Shown in pieces: positions 36,750 through 46,385 of a DNA stretch of 64,000 bases. This DNA comes from an uncultured virus (IMG/VR IMGVR_UViG_3300030095_005052) (Duplodnaviria > Heunggongvirae > Uroviricota > Caudoviricetes), in IMG/VR virus record IMGVR_UViG_3300030095_005052. One strand, given 5' to 3'. Both the position numbers and the translations under genes were made by a program. The notes under the pieces were generated by a model. The model saw only the letters and a program-made list of their open reading frames with translations. It made no database searches and had not been told where the DNA came from. Numbering within the stretch: position 1 is the stretch's first letter; every line of letters starts with the position of its first letter.

Positions 36750-37939
36750 TTAAAAATACCTTTTTTTATGCTATTAGTTGACCCGGAATCTAATTCTCTC
36801 GTAGAAATTAAGGCGTCCCAACGCTTCGGCCAAACGCGACGCCAGTCTAGTTGCTCATTCATTTCAAAACGATCTTTTTGCCCCAGAATTTCTTCTCTAT
36901 TAACTTCGATAACGGCTTTACCTAAAAGATTAGCCATATTGAGCATTCTGTTTCTAACTTTTTCCGGCAAAATTTCGCCTGTTTTGGCCTGGTTTGCCCA
37001 TTGCCTTAAAGCAAGTCCCAAAGACGTAGCCTCCTTTTGAAGTGTTATATCTTCACCTTTGACAACGCCTGGATCAATTAATCTTTGATAGGCATTAACA
37101 GCCGCAATATCTGCCGTTCCATCTTTTTGCTTAACCGCATATTTTACTTTTGCTATTCCGGTTTGAGCAACTAAGATATTTTTTCTTGCTGGAGCAACTC
37201 TAGTAACTGCAAGTTTGTATTTTTCTTGCCTGTTGGCGTATACTGTTTTGACGCCATCACCAGGGTTTTTAGCAAATGCTATAATTTCTTTTTCTTCTTC
37301 ATTAAATTTTGGGACAGATGCTGGCGCATTCAAATTTTTTGGAACTTCAATATCGTTAGGTTGTTCTTGCTCTCCTTGAGTTGTGCCAATACCAAGTAAA
37401 TTGTTTAACTGCTTTGTTTTTGCTTCCGATGCTTTCTTTTCAGCATTTGCCTTTATAAGCGCAGGAATTGCACCACTCACTAATGCCTCTGGCCCATACT
37501 TATCAATCAGAGCTTGCTCTCTCGCCTTCTTTATTGCTGTTTGCTGATCTTGAGCATACCCTTGAGCAAATGCATTTAAAGCTGGCCCAATTGCGCTACC
37601 AAGTGACCGAGGCATTGGTGAGTTCATGCCAGCTTGACTTAATACATTTGACGCCGCTAATAAACCACCACCGATTGGCGACCCACCGAGCAAGCCAGGT
37701 TGTGGCATTGCCATAGGCGCAGTTTGTTGTTGATTTGCAACTGGCGCAACATTGGAAACAGGTGTCTCTCGATTCATCGGTGGCCTAAAAGAGCTTGATG
37801 CGTATGGCGATGCGGAATTAAGCATTGTGCGATTTTTTAAATCTCTTAACGCTTCGTTGCGGTCGTATGTCCCAACTAAATTTATGTCAGTACCGACAGG
37901 ATACGCGTGGTAAGGATTAGCTGGTCTGTATGAGGCCAT
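36746..37939 (-). CDS. DNA ejection protein (B); start refined to MASYRP
   Basis: GTADIAAVNAYQRLIDPGVVKGED domain; TAATG coupling. Confidence 0.6.
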   Translation of the reverse strand: MASYRPANPYHAYPVGTDINLVGTYDRNEALRDLKNRTMLNSASPYASSSFRPPMNRETPVSNVAPVANQQQTAPMAMPQPGLLGGSPIGGGLLAASNVLSQAGMNSPMPRSLGSAIGPALNAFAQGYAQDQQTAIKKAREQALIDKYGPEALVSGAIPALIKANAEKKASEAKTKQLNNLLGIGTTQGEQEQPNDIEVPKNLNAPASVPKFNEEEKEIIAFAKNPGDGVKTVYANRQEKYKLAVTRVAPARKNILVAQTGIAKVKYAVKQKDGTADIAAVNAYQRLIDPGVVKGEDITLQKEATSLGLALRQWANQAKTGEILPEKVRNRMLNMANLLGKAVIEVNREEILGQKDRFEMNEQLDWRRVWPKRWDALISTRELDSGSTNSIKKGIFK

Positions 37940-38820
37940 TATAATAACCCTCCCAAAGCACCAAGGCCACCTAAAGCCCAAGTACCAAAATCATTCATAC
38001 CCCCACCCATTTTAGAAGCCGCTCCCAGACCCCCAAGCGCACCACCTAGAACTGATGCACCTCTATTATTAAAAAATGGTGTTGTTTGTGTCCCAGTTGA
38101 TCCAAAACCACCGGAAACCAATCCGCTGTATTGTGCGAGTTTGTTGGCTGGCTTATTTTGTTCAAAATTAAATCTATCAATGTCTGCCGATAATTCTGCC
38201 TGTCCCTGTGCATCAAAAACCTGACCTACACGACCGAGTTGGGCAATGTCGTTGTAGTCAGCTTGGCTTAATGGATCAGCCATATTAATAGCTTGATTTT
38301 GCAGACCTCGCTCTCTGCCATAATCAGAATAAGCAATATTACTAGCAACTCGACCAAGCGAGTCAGCTAAATTAATCTGTGCATCATCGACATTGGTTTT
38401 AAATGCATTTGAGCCGTAGCGATTGGCTTTTGTAAATGCTGAATCAATGCCTGGAGCAATTGCGTTTTGATAATTTCTAACAATTCCAGCGGACGACGCA
38501 TCTATCATATTTTGAAGGTTTGGGTTATTGTTTAAATAGTTGCCACTTAAAGTTGCGCTTAATTCATCTTGCGCTTGATTTAATAATGGGCTTCCAGCTA
38601 AAGCGCGTCCTTCTTGTAAATTTAAAGCCGTCATTGTCGGATCAGACAACGGGGCTACAGTATTGCCAGAAAAATATTCTGGTGTACTAGAATTATATAA
38701 ATTTTCAGCTTCAGAAAAAACATTCCTTAAATGTGGTTGCTGATCTTCCCAAGGCTCTCGCGACGTTGTTTGAGTTACAGTACCCGCGGGTCTTTGTGAA
38801 CCTCCACCTAAACTAGCCAT
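37939..38820 (-). CDS. Small DNA ejection/pilot protein (B); start refined to MASLGGG
   Basis: Homolog of 3640-4533. Confidence 0.65.
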   Translation of the reverse strand: MASLGGGSQRPAGTVTQTTSREPWEDQQPHLRNVFSEAENLYNSSTPEYFSGNTVAPLSDPTMTALNLQEGRALAGSPLLNQAQDELSATLSGNYLNNNPNLQNMIDASSAGIVRNYQNAIAPGIDSAFTKANRYGSNAFKTNVDDAQINLADSLGRVASNIAYSDYGRERGLQNQAINMADPLSQADYNDIAQLGRVGQVFDAQGQAELSADIDRFNFEQNKPANKLAQYSGLVSGGFGSTGTQTTPFFNNRGASVLGGALGGLGAASKMGGGMNDFGTWALGGLGALGGLL

Positions 38821-39281
38821 TAGTTTTGCTCCTTTAACCAATTTTTATAATTTTCACCGTGATCTTGGTGATAGAATTTATTTACTTCTTTTGCGACTTT
38901 ATTGGCATGTTTTTGACCGCCAATAATTAATGCGACGACGTGTATTATTTGCTCTAAAGATTCTCGATAAACAAAGCCAAACTCATTTTTCCAATCGTTG
39001 GATGCATTCCACATAATCATACTTGCCGACATGACAGGCGTCAGCCAAGGCTGATTTTTTACATAAAATGGGTTAGACGGAATAGCGACTAAGCATAAAT
39101 GCAAAAGACGTGTCATTGCCTCAGACCCAAATTCGTCACCGTCTGCATAATCGTCAGCTATTTGAGAAATTTCTGCAATCACTCTTAAAAACACAACTGC
39201 GTTACTATCGTTTTTGCACCATTTATGAAGTTGCTCTATTTCGTCATTATCCGAAAATTGTGTACTTAAAAATTCTGTCAT
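38820..39281 (-). CDS. All-helical protein with a DDxxD motif (isoprenoid-synthase-like)
   Basis: QIADDYADGD; IPSNPFY. Confidence 0.5.
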   Translation of the reverse strand: MTEFLSTQFSDNDEIEQLHKWCKNDSNAVVFLRVIAEISQIADDYADGDEFGSEAMTRLLHLCLVAIPSNPFYVKNQPWLTPVMSASMIMWNASNDWKNEFGFVYRESLEQIIHVVALIIGGQKHANKVAKEVNKFYHQDHGENYKNWLKEQN

Positions 39282-39573
39282 TTTGCGTATTACTCACATG
39301 GGTTATTGTGAAAGTTTGCTTGCCGACTGTACTCACAAAAGTTGTTGATAATGCTCCTGCCGCATTTAGGGTTGTTGGCATAAGTAATACAATACTATCG
39401 CCGCCGCATCGGGCTTCAGTGACAACCGTTGAAGTTGCCGACGTTGCTAAAGTTACCGAGCCAGTCGCATTAATTTTACCGTCTCTTAACGAGTTAACAG
39501 CGTTTGCAATTAATCGACGATGTTCTTCGTCGTCTGCCCAAGTGACAGGTACGGGAAGAAAACCTTGAGACAT
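39247..39573 (-). CDS. Small tail protein (B)
   Basis: Homolog of 6328-6657. Confidence 0.6.
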   Translation of the reverse strand: MSQGFLPVPVTWADDEEHRRLIANAVNSLRDGKINATGSVTLATSATSTVVTEARCGGDSIVLLMPTTLNAAGALSTTFVSTVGKQTFTITHVSNTQNDRIFKYTIFG

Positions 39574-41033
39574 TATCTTTTGCCTCTAGCCTTCCATGTC
39601 ACGTCAATTCCTTGCGCGTGATCAAACCCGCCACTGATATTTATTCTTGCTCTGTGATACCGTGCATCTTGTCGAACGGGTGCATTGCCACTCGCATTTA
39701 AAGACACTGCCGAGCTAAAACTAACAGAGCCTGTACCAACATTTCGGCCTGTTAATTGTATGGTTACTGTACTGCCAGACCCCTCAAAAATTGGCCTAAC
39801 TAAATTGACAAAACTTCGACGTCCTGCCATAGGTTGAAACTCGGCTGTTTCCAATGTTGCCGTCAGTCCTGTACCAGTAAAATACGCTAATTTATGATCA
39901 GTATTCATTGCCGCGAGATTTACGGAACCGCCAACCCAAGCGCGTGAATCAAGTGAGAATGCCAGTGTGTCTATGCTACTTGAGATGCTGTCGAGTGTAT
40001 CCATTGTAAAACCAGTGGACAAACTACGCGCCACTAATTCGTGATCAAAATTTGCTGTAGACCATTTGTTATTGACCCAATCAAATATTATTAATTTGTT
40101 TGGCGTGCCAGCCGTATGACCGGAACCTGGGTAAGAAAGAATATACAAGTGATTCACAGGATCAATTGTTGATGTTACCCTTGGAGCAAATGCTGTATCA
40201 AAATCGGTTTCAAAAGTTGAGTCAACTTTATTAGCACCAATCGCAGTTAATTTTGATCCATCTTCCAACATATAAAAACCGTCATCAGAATAGAAAAATA
40301 TTCTCCGACCCAATGCCGCAATTGATCCACTAACCGCAGTACCGATAGTTTGGCTTATTTCGTTAGCTGAGAATATCAGTGGTGTACCTTGATAATCTAA
40401 TCTGAAAATAGATCGCTCTAATAATACAATACCAAATTCTCCGCCAACAATGCCTGTTATTGCACCGCCTTCGCCAACAAAATCTTGAAAGTCAGATTGT
40501 GTCGTTTGAGATTCTGTCCAAGTTTCTGGATTTTCTAATCCAGACCAGCGAACCCGATTTTGATAAGGCACACCACTTTCAATGCAATCACCCAACATAA
40601 CAAAGCCGCGAACTACAGCGATATGCCGTGCTTGTGGTGGTGACCCCCCTAAATTTGACCAGCTAGAAGACGTGCCAAGTGTCCACTTTTGCACATAATC
40701 AGCGTAGTTTGTCGCAATCATTGTGTTGCCAAATTGTGCGAACCGCCATGCAGAATCTTCAGCGGTATTGAAACTAGTATTAGTTGCTGTCCACGCAGTG
40801 CTTTGTAATCGATATAAAGAAGTTTTATCCCCCGCAAACATTTCAACTACGCCATCGCCACCTTGTGCAGAACCCAGACCTTGCGCCCTTGCTGTCAACG
40901 CAGTTGTCGAATAAGGAGATATACTTCCTAATTGACGGTAACCCATCACTGTGGGAATTACATTATTAGCAACCGTTGCCCCTGGGTTATTAAAAGCTGG
41001 CAAGTCGGGTAGGTATTCCCCTAGTGGTATCAT
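39573..41033 (-). CDS. Tail nozzle/tubular protein B-like (B)
   Basis: Homolog of 6654-8144. Confidence 0.7.
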   Translation of the reverse strand: MIPLGEYLPDLPAFNNPGATVANNVIPTVMGYRQLGSISPYSTTALTARAQGLGSAQGGDGVVEMFAGDKTSLYRLQSTAWTATNTSFNTAEDSAWRFAQFGNTMIATNYADYVQKWTLGTSSSWSNLGGSPPQARHIAVVRGFVMLGDCIESGVPYQNRVRWSGLENPETWTESQTTQSDFQDFVGEGGAITGIVGGEFGIVLLERSIFRLDYQGTPLIFSANEISQTIGTAVSGSIAALGRRIFFYSDDGFYMLEDGSKLTAIGANKVDSTFETDFDTAFAPRVTSTIDPVNHLYILSYPGSGHTAGTPNKLIIFDWVNNKWSTANFDHELVARSLSTGFTMDTLDSISSSIDTLAFSLDSRAWVGGSVNLAAMNTDHKLAYFTGTGLTATLETAEFQPMAGRRSFVNLVRPIFEGSGSTVTIQLTGRNVGTGSVSFSSAVSLNASGNAPVRQDARYHRARINISGGFDHAQGIDVTWKARGKR

Positions 41034-41034
41034 G

Positions 41035-41643
41035 TTAACCCGCCGTTACAGTTAGAGGTGAGCCTGACAATGCTTCAGCCGTATCCTTCGCCTGATAGTC
41101 GTTGATAACTTCGTCGTACTTAGTTTTCCAAACTGCAATACGCTCGTCGTTTTGTAAAAATGGCTCGGCCTCTAAACAAGAACCAAATATCAATGCCTCT
41201 GGAATATCTGTCGTAATGAAGTTTGTATTCGTCCCAGTAAGTGCATCGAGCCTTTTATAAAATAAACCTAGAACCGCATAATTACTGTCTGGAAAAGGGC
41301 CGAATATAAAATTAGTGCCTTCTCTTGCAAAAAATGATGGTCGTGCATCAGCGGATCGGGTTGGATGATTAGTGTAAATAAAGTTCAAATCTTTTCTGAC
41401 CAGCGGAGTTACTGGTGACGTATTGAGAAATAAATTCTTCATTTCGATATAACCACTGGGAACCGAAATTGTTCCCGACGAAATAGTTGCAGACAAACTT
41501 GTCTCCATCGCACTTACACGCAAATCTCTATAAATTTGATTTTCTGCTAAAGACATAAAGTCAGTTATTTGATCAGCTAAATCAGAACGATCTAGATAAT
41601 CAGCAATGACCGCTTTTATTGTCGTAAAGTTCGTAAGTGCCAT
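41035..41643 (-). CDS. Head-tail adaptor (B)
   Basis: IADYLDRSDL...NDERIAVW. Confidence 0.72.
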   Translation of the reverse strand: MALTNFTTIKAVIADYLDRSDLADQITDFMSLAENQIYRDLRVSAMETSLSATISSGTISVPSGYIEMKNLFLNTSPVTPLVRKDLNFIYTNHPTRSADARPSFFAREGTNFIFGPFPDSNYAVLGLFYKRLDALTGTNTNFITTDIPEALIFGSCLEAEPFLQNDERIAVWKTKYDEVINDYQAKDTAEALSGSPLTVTAG

Positions 41644-41654
41644 TTATATTGTCC

Positions 41655-41975
41655 TTATAAAACAAGTCCACCAGCGTCAGTGCGTAAGAATTTGTTGTCA
41701 GGGTCGTTTAATTTTCTACGAAAATATTTTTGTTTTTCGTCTCCCGTCAACGCAAGTATGTTAACGCCATCTTCTTTCATCCACTGCTCAATAACGACAA
41801 GCGGGATTGAGGCAACGCGCCTCAAATCCCGACTTTTAGAATATCCATTTGAGCCATCGTTTTGAGCTATTTTATTTGCATTCAAAATAGGCTCAATGTC
41901 TTGCTCTCGTTTTATGATATACTTGTCATCAGATTCATCGTGAAAGAACTCTGTCTTTACAAAATCTTCGCTCAT
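41655..41975 (-). CDS. Conserved head-associated protein; start refined to MSEDF
   Basis: QDIEPILNANK...VASIP...KLNDPDN. Confidence 0.65.
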   Translation of the reverse strand: MSEDFVKTEFFHDESDDKYIIKREQDIEPILNANKIAQNDGSNGYSKSRDLRRVASIPLVVIEQWMKEDGVNILALTGDEKQKYFRRKLNDPDNKFLRTDAGGLVL

Positions 41976-41976
41976 A

Positions 41977-42282
41977 TTATGCCTCGATTGGTACAATATT
42001 AATTTTACTTCCCGACGCTTGTTGAATATATGCAATGTGCGTAAATCCTTGAACGTGGAGAAAGATCCCGTCTCCTGGGCCAACCATTATATCATTAGCC
42101 GTTGCCGCAGTTCCGGTGAGAACAGCTTTGACGTGAGCCGTTCCGTTACTTGTAATCCGAACAACTTTTGCAGTTGCGCCGGAAGCGTCGTTTGGAATAG
42201 TTGTCTCGGCGGAACTACCGCCAGACGTGACCGTTTTCGCAACCGCTCCAACGGTAATAATTGGGTATGGATGCATTTGCAA
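41977..42282 (-). CDS. Small virion protein
   Basis: Beta-rich, Ala/Thr-rich; in the head cluster. Confidence 0.55.
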   Translation of the reverse strand: MQMHPYPIITVGAVAKTVTSGGSSAETTIPNDASGATAKVVRITSNGTAHVKAVLTGTAATANDIMVGPGDGIFLHVQGFTHIAYIQQASGSKINIVPIEA

Positions 42283-42287
42283 AACTC

Positions 42288-42635
42288 CTATCGACGAATT
42301 GTAATCATGCCATTTACAACAATAGCATTCGACGACGCGCCGTTAGTCTCAATTTCCAGCTTGTCATCTTCAAGAACTTCGTTTGCCGCAGTTGGAACCG
42401 CACTATCAAGATCACCCGCCGCACTTGATGCAGTAGCGATTGTTACGACGCCGCCAGTCACAGCAGTGCCATTAATTTTAGCGGTCAAAACAGCATCCGC
42501 AGTGCCAATGGCTCCATTTAAAATCGTAGCGATTTTTATAATTTTGCCACCATCAGGAACAGGAATATAAACCTGACCCGCAGTTGAAACATCGTTGATC
42601 TGAAATGGAATAAAATAATCATTTAGTGTTCGCAT
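42288..42635 (-). CDS. Putative capsid decoration protein
   Basis: Directly after the capsid gene; beta-sandwich-like composition. Confidence 0.55.
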   Translation of the reverse strand: MRTLNDYFIPFQINDVSTAGQVYIPVPDGGKIIKIATILNGAIGTADAVLTAKINGTAVTGGVVTIATASSAAGDLDSAVPTAANEVLEDDKLEIETNGASSNAIVVNGMITIRR

Positions 42636-42678
42636 AATAATTTCCCTTCACCCCCACTAGAGGGCGTTCTGAGTGCTT

Positions 42679-42705
42679 AAAAAATGGGGGGCCAAAAGAC
42701 CCCCC
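42679..42705 (-). terminator. Terminator after the capsid gene
   Basis: GGGGGGTC-TTTT-GGCCCCCC-ATTTTTT. Confidence 0.8.
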
Positions 42706-42713
42706 GCTTAATA

Positions 42714-43661
42714 TTAAGAAGTAGTACAATCAGCTACCATGCCGGAAGCCTTCTCTTGTCGCGAGATAAGAGTATACTCCACAAGCATTTGACGCTTTTC
42801 ACTGTCACCCGTCTTGCTTAACTCGAACTGCGAAAAGGGACGCAAATATGCTACTTGCCACATTTCCTTATCAAGAACCCAGGCGTCTCTCTCACGAGAA
42901 AACCTATTTGGAATTATTTCCATAGCTCCAAAATCTGATTCATACACGTCGATAGAGGCAACAAGTTTTTTGTCTTCGCCTTTATCAAACCGTGTAGAAT
43001 TTCCGGTAAAACCAGAAATAACAGTTTTATTGTGTGGCCCGACCATCACACAGCTTGGATTTCCACCTTCAGTCCAGCAAGACTGGATAGCTGTCTTTAG
43101 TAGGCTCTCGGTCAGCGCACGTTGAGTACCATCGGTTCGAGCGTCAGTGCCATCACCCGTCGGTGAGGCGGCAGACCCAGTTCCGAGAACATCATTTGTC
43201 GCAATCCATGAACCTAACGACCCAGCTTTACGAGCAGTCGTAGCGTTACCCGCAACCTGTGCCGTATTACTAGTAAGAGCCGCTTCCATATCACGTTTTA
43301 GCTCTTTACCCTTTTTCGCTACTTGGTAAGCAACTTCAGATTTACGACCAGCCTTATTTATGGATTCTTGAGTTCCAGTAATTACGGCAGTCTTATCGGA
43401 AATTTGTGTGTAATTTCCAACTCTCACAGTGGCAACGCTAGCATCAAGAGTAGCTTCATCACCCTCGATTACGGCGTTGGATGCCGATGCACTTGCAAGC
43501 GCATCAGTTTGCCATTCTTCATACGTCGCCGTAGCTTTGCCACGAGCGGCCATATTCATAAATGGTGTTTCAGTTGGAGAGATCGAGTAGATTATATCTG
43601 ACAGCGCCTCTCTGTTTCCTTTTGAATCGTAAGTATCAAAGGTGTTACTTGGTTGTGCCAT
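42714..43661 (-). CDS. Major capsid protein, DUF5309/SU10 family
   Basis: GNREALSDIIYSISPTETPF, EWQTD, NYTQI, KELKRDME, KTGDSEK. Confidence 0.9.
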   Translation of the reverse strand: MAQPSNTFDTYDSKGNREALSDIIYSISPTETPFMNMAARGKATATYEEWQTDALASASASNAVIEGDEATLDASVATVRVGNYTQISDKTAVITGTQESINKAGRKSEVAYQVAKKGKELKRDMEAALTSNTAQVAGNATTARKAGSLGSWIATNDVLGTGSAASPTGDGTDARTDGTQRALTESLLKTAIQSCWTEGGNPSCVMVGPHNKTVISGFTGNSTRFDKGEDKKLVASIDVYESDFGAMEIIPNRFSRERDAWVLDKEMWQVAYLRPFSQFELSKTGDSEKRQMLVEYTLISRQEKASGMVADCTTS

Positions 43662-43671
43662 TTGGCATCTC

Positions 43672-44727
43672 CTAGATTAAATCAGCAATTGCAATAGCCG
43701 CGTCATTTACGTGACCACTTGCTTTTGCCCGTTTCATTTTGGACATAGCTTGCTCTTGATCGACATCAACTTTCGTTTTTTGCGCTGAACCTCTAACAAC
43801 CTTTGGAAGTGACGTAACCTTCTTTTCAACTTTTACTTTAGATGACTGAAGACCTCTCCACTTCATAGCATCAGCAATTAATTGCACATGACGCGCATCT
43901 GCTACCGAGCTAATTTCTGTATCGTTAAAACCACCATAATTTGACTTTAAAAAAGTACGCATATCGTTACGCATTTTTTCAGCCGTTGTTTCATCTCGAA
44001 ACTCAGGAATAGCTTCAGATAAAACTCGCGCTTGTTCTTGTAAAAGAACGGCGTGTTGATTTTTAGCTTGTTGCTCCTGCTCATATCTCATTTGCTGTAA
44101 CTGCGCCTGAGAGTTTCGCAATTGCTCACTTTTTCTTTGGTGGTCTGCCCATTGCGTTGCAAACTCAATTGGGTCTTCTTCTTTTAACGTATCCCAATCG
44201 ATATTTTGATTTTGTGAAAGTTGTGCGCCGAGTGCCTCACTCATTTGATTGAGACTTTGAGCATACTGCGCCCGTTCATTTTCGACGGCTTGTTGAATAC
44301 TTTCGCGTTCAGCCGCCAACTCCCGACGTTGTTGCGCTAGACTTTCCGTTTTGCGCGTGTAATCAGCTTCGCGAGAATAACCTCTAGACAATTCGTTGAG
44401 TGTGACCTGTGCTTTAACTCCACCAGGTAAAGTTACCTCGTAGAGATCATCGGCGTCAGGCGTCTCAACTTCGTCGTCTTCAGCTACTGCCACTTCTTCT
44501 GATTGTAATTCGTCACCATCGTCGTCATTGGCAACTTCAACCGCAATTTCTTCTGTTTCCATTTCTGGGGTAACAGCTTCGTTGGGCTGATCATCCGCAC
44601 TATCTGATCCAGGTTGTTTTGGCTCATCACCAAAATCTAGTAATCCTTCTAATGCGTCGGATGCCGATGCGACATCCGCTACCTGTACAGTTTCCGGTGT
44701 TTCCGGTGTGACTGTCTCTTCGGCCAT
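43672..44727 (-). CDS. Scaffolding protein (B)
   Basis: GYSREADYTRKTESLA; acidic N-terminus. Confidence 0.8.
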   Translation of the reverse strand: MAEETVTPETPETVQVADVASASDALEGLLDFGDEPKQPGSDSADDQPNEAVTPEMETEEIAVEVANDDDGDELQSEEVAVAEDDEVETPDADDLYEVTLPGGVKAQVTLNELSRGYSREADYTRKTESLAQQRRELAAERESIQQAVENERAQYAQSLNQMSEALGAQLSQNQNIDWDTLKEEDPIEFATQWADHQRKSEQLRNSQAQLQQMRYEQEQQAKNQHAVLLQEQARVLSEAIPEFRDETTAEKMRNDMRTFLKSNYGGFNDTEISSVADARHVQLIADAMKWRGLQSSKVKVEKKVTSLPKVVRGSAQKTKVDVDQEQAMSKMKRAKASGHVNDAAIAIADLI

Positions 44728-44731
44728 AATT

Positions 44732-45013
44732 CTATTTCCTTTTTCGCTTGGGGTTAAGATCATTTAATTGTTTTGACGCAACTGCGCCGTTACCAATCGT
44801 CGCTTCTAATATCGATTGAAACTTTGGCATCATCTGAAACATAATCCAGACTGCCTCTCTTTGAGTTTGGTCTTGGCAAACTTTCCACTCATCAAATAGA
44901 TTATTTTCCATTGTTTTAAATGCGTCTTGGAAAACCTGATTATCAATAATTTGACGTGCTAAACTTCCTTTATGCCGATCTTGTTCTAGTGTCATTTGGG
45001 GTAACCTTTTCAA
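44732..45013 (-). CDS. Small head-assembly protein
   Basis: Usual small gene between portal and scaffold. Confidence 0.6.
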   Translation of the reverse strand: MKRLPQMTLEQDRHKGSLARQIIDNQVFQDAFKTMENNLFDEWKVCQDQTQREAVWIMFQMMPKFQSILEATIGNGAVASKQLNDLNPKRKRK

Positions 45014-46385
45014 TTTTTGTTAAAAGACTTCCGAGAAATCTGCAAAACGGAACACCGATTAGAAGCATTAATTTACCGATCAGGTTAGCTTTCAAATTAT
45101 GTTTTTGAGCATACATTTGATTTGCCCAAGGCAACGCAATTGGCTTTACAAGTGCAGTTACTATTTTTGACTTTGACATTAACCTTGCAAGAGGCACTGC
45201 CCAAAAATGATAACCTTTTACAACTAGTGGATCGTTCTTTTCAAAATACAATCCAACTTCTCGATCAACATCATATACATTGTCTAATAACAATTTTTGT
45301 CGGTGAAGCTCTGTGCAAATTACCGTTCCGCCACTATCACCGCCACCGTCACTATCACTATCACCAAAAGACTCAGGTCGGTTATAATCTTCGCCTTCTA
45401 CCCCTGCACCAGTCTGCGACAAACCTTGATACAAATCACCTGCGCTAGAATATTCACCACCACCCACATTTATTGGTGTATTTGGATCCATTGCGGCAAG
45501 GCTATTTATATTACTTTTCTCGCCATCTTGATAAACGTAGCCGCCAGGTGCATCAGTTGGAGCAGACATTAAACCATTTTGATAACTAATTTCTCCACCA
45601 GCACTATTGATATTAGGATCATTACCAAAATCGTGGTAGGCTCCCGCGTTATTTAAAGCACCGCCAATTGTACCTAAAATACCTGCGCCTGGAATAACCA
45701 TCGGAGCCATTGCTAAAGCCGCCGCCGCTGGCAATGCTTCCCTTGGAAACGCGTCATTTGTCGCCATAGTATACGCTGTACCCATTGGCCCACCTTTTAT
45801 TGCATTCAATGCAAAGTCACCGACATTAGTTGCCAAATCTCCAGCTTTACCTAATGAGAAACTATTATTATCTGGATTTTGTGTTGCGTCTGACATTTCT
45901 TTGCCGGTCAACACATTTAAATCTTCGTTAAGGCCATAAAAATCTTTGTTAAAATTTGCTTCATTTCGGTTAAACCGATCCATAAACTCTGCTTTTCCAT
46001 TATGTCTGGCGTCAAAGTTTGCCTCGTTTTTATCGAAATCTGCTTTAAAATTAGGGTTTTGATAAAAATCCGTTGGACGATCATAATCTTCACCGCGCAC
46101 CCCTGCGCCAGTTTGGGCTAGAGCTTGGAATACATCGTTATCAACAAAACTTGTATTGTTGTCGTCAAAATCTCCACCACGACCGCCATTGTCTATTATT
46201 CTTCTTGTAATAGGTGCGGGTTGCTCGACAATGTTACCAGTAGAATCTGACGCGACAACTGGATTGTTTGTATTGCCGCGATAAACCCCCGCCGAATAAT
46301 CTTGAGCAGGAAAAATGCGGCTGTAGGTAGGCTTAGAATCAATAATATTTTGACGTGTTGTTCTCCACGCGTCTAGCAATCCCAT
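44970..46385 (-). CDS. MGLLD-leader virion-associated protein with a C-terminal ICTELH...GYHFWA domain
   Basis: Internal repeats (QTGAGV.GEDY.RP twice; NEANF twice), hydrophobic hairpin, C-terminal helices. Confidence 0.6.
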   Translation of the reverse strand: MGLLDAWRTTRQNIIDSKPTYSRIFPAQDYSAGVYRGNTNNPVVASDSTGNIVEQPAPITRRIIDNGGRGGDFDDNNTSFVDNDVFQALAQTGAGVRGEDYDRPTDFYQNPNFKADFDKNEANFDARHNGKAEFMDRFNRNEANFNKDFYGLNEDLNVLTGKEMSDATQNPDNNSFSLGKAGDLATNVGDFALNAIKGGPMGTAYTMATNDAFPREALPAAAALAMAPMVIPGAGILGTIGGALNNAGAYHDFGNDPNINSAGGEISYQNGLMSAPTDAPGGYVYQDGEKSNINSLAAMDPNTPINVGGGEYSSAGDLYQGLSQTGAGVEGEDYNRPESFGDSDSDGGGDSGGTVICTELHRQKLLLDNVYDVDREVGLYFEKNDPLVVKGYHFWAVPLARLMSKSKIVTALVKPIALPWANQMYAQKHNLKANLIGKLMLLIGVPFCRFLGSLLTKIEKVTPNDTRTRSA

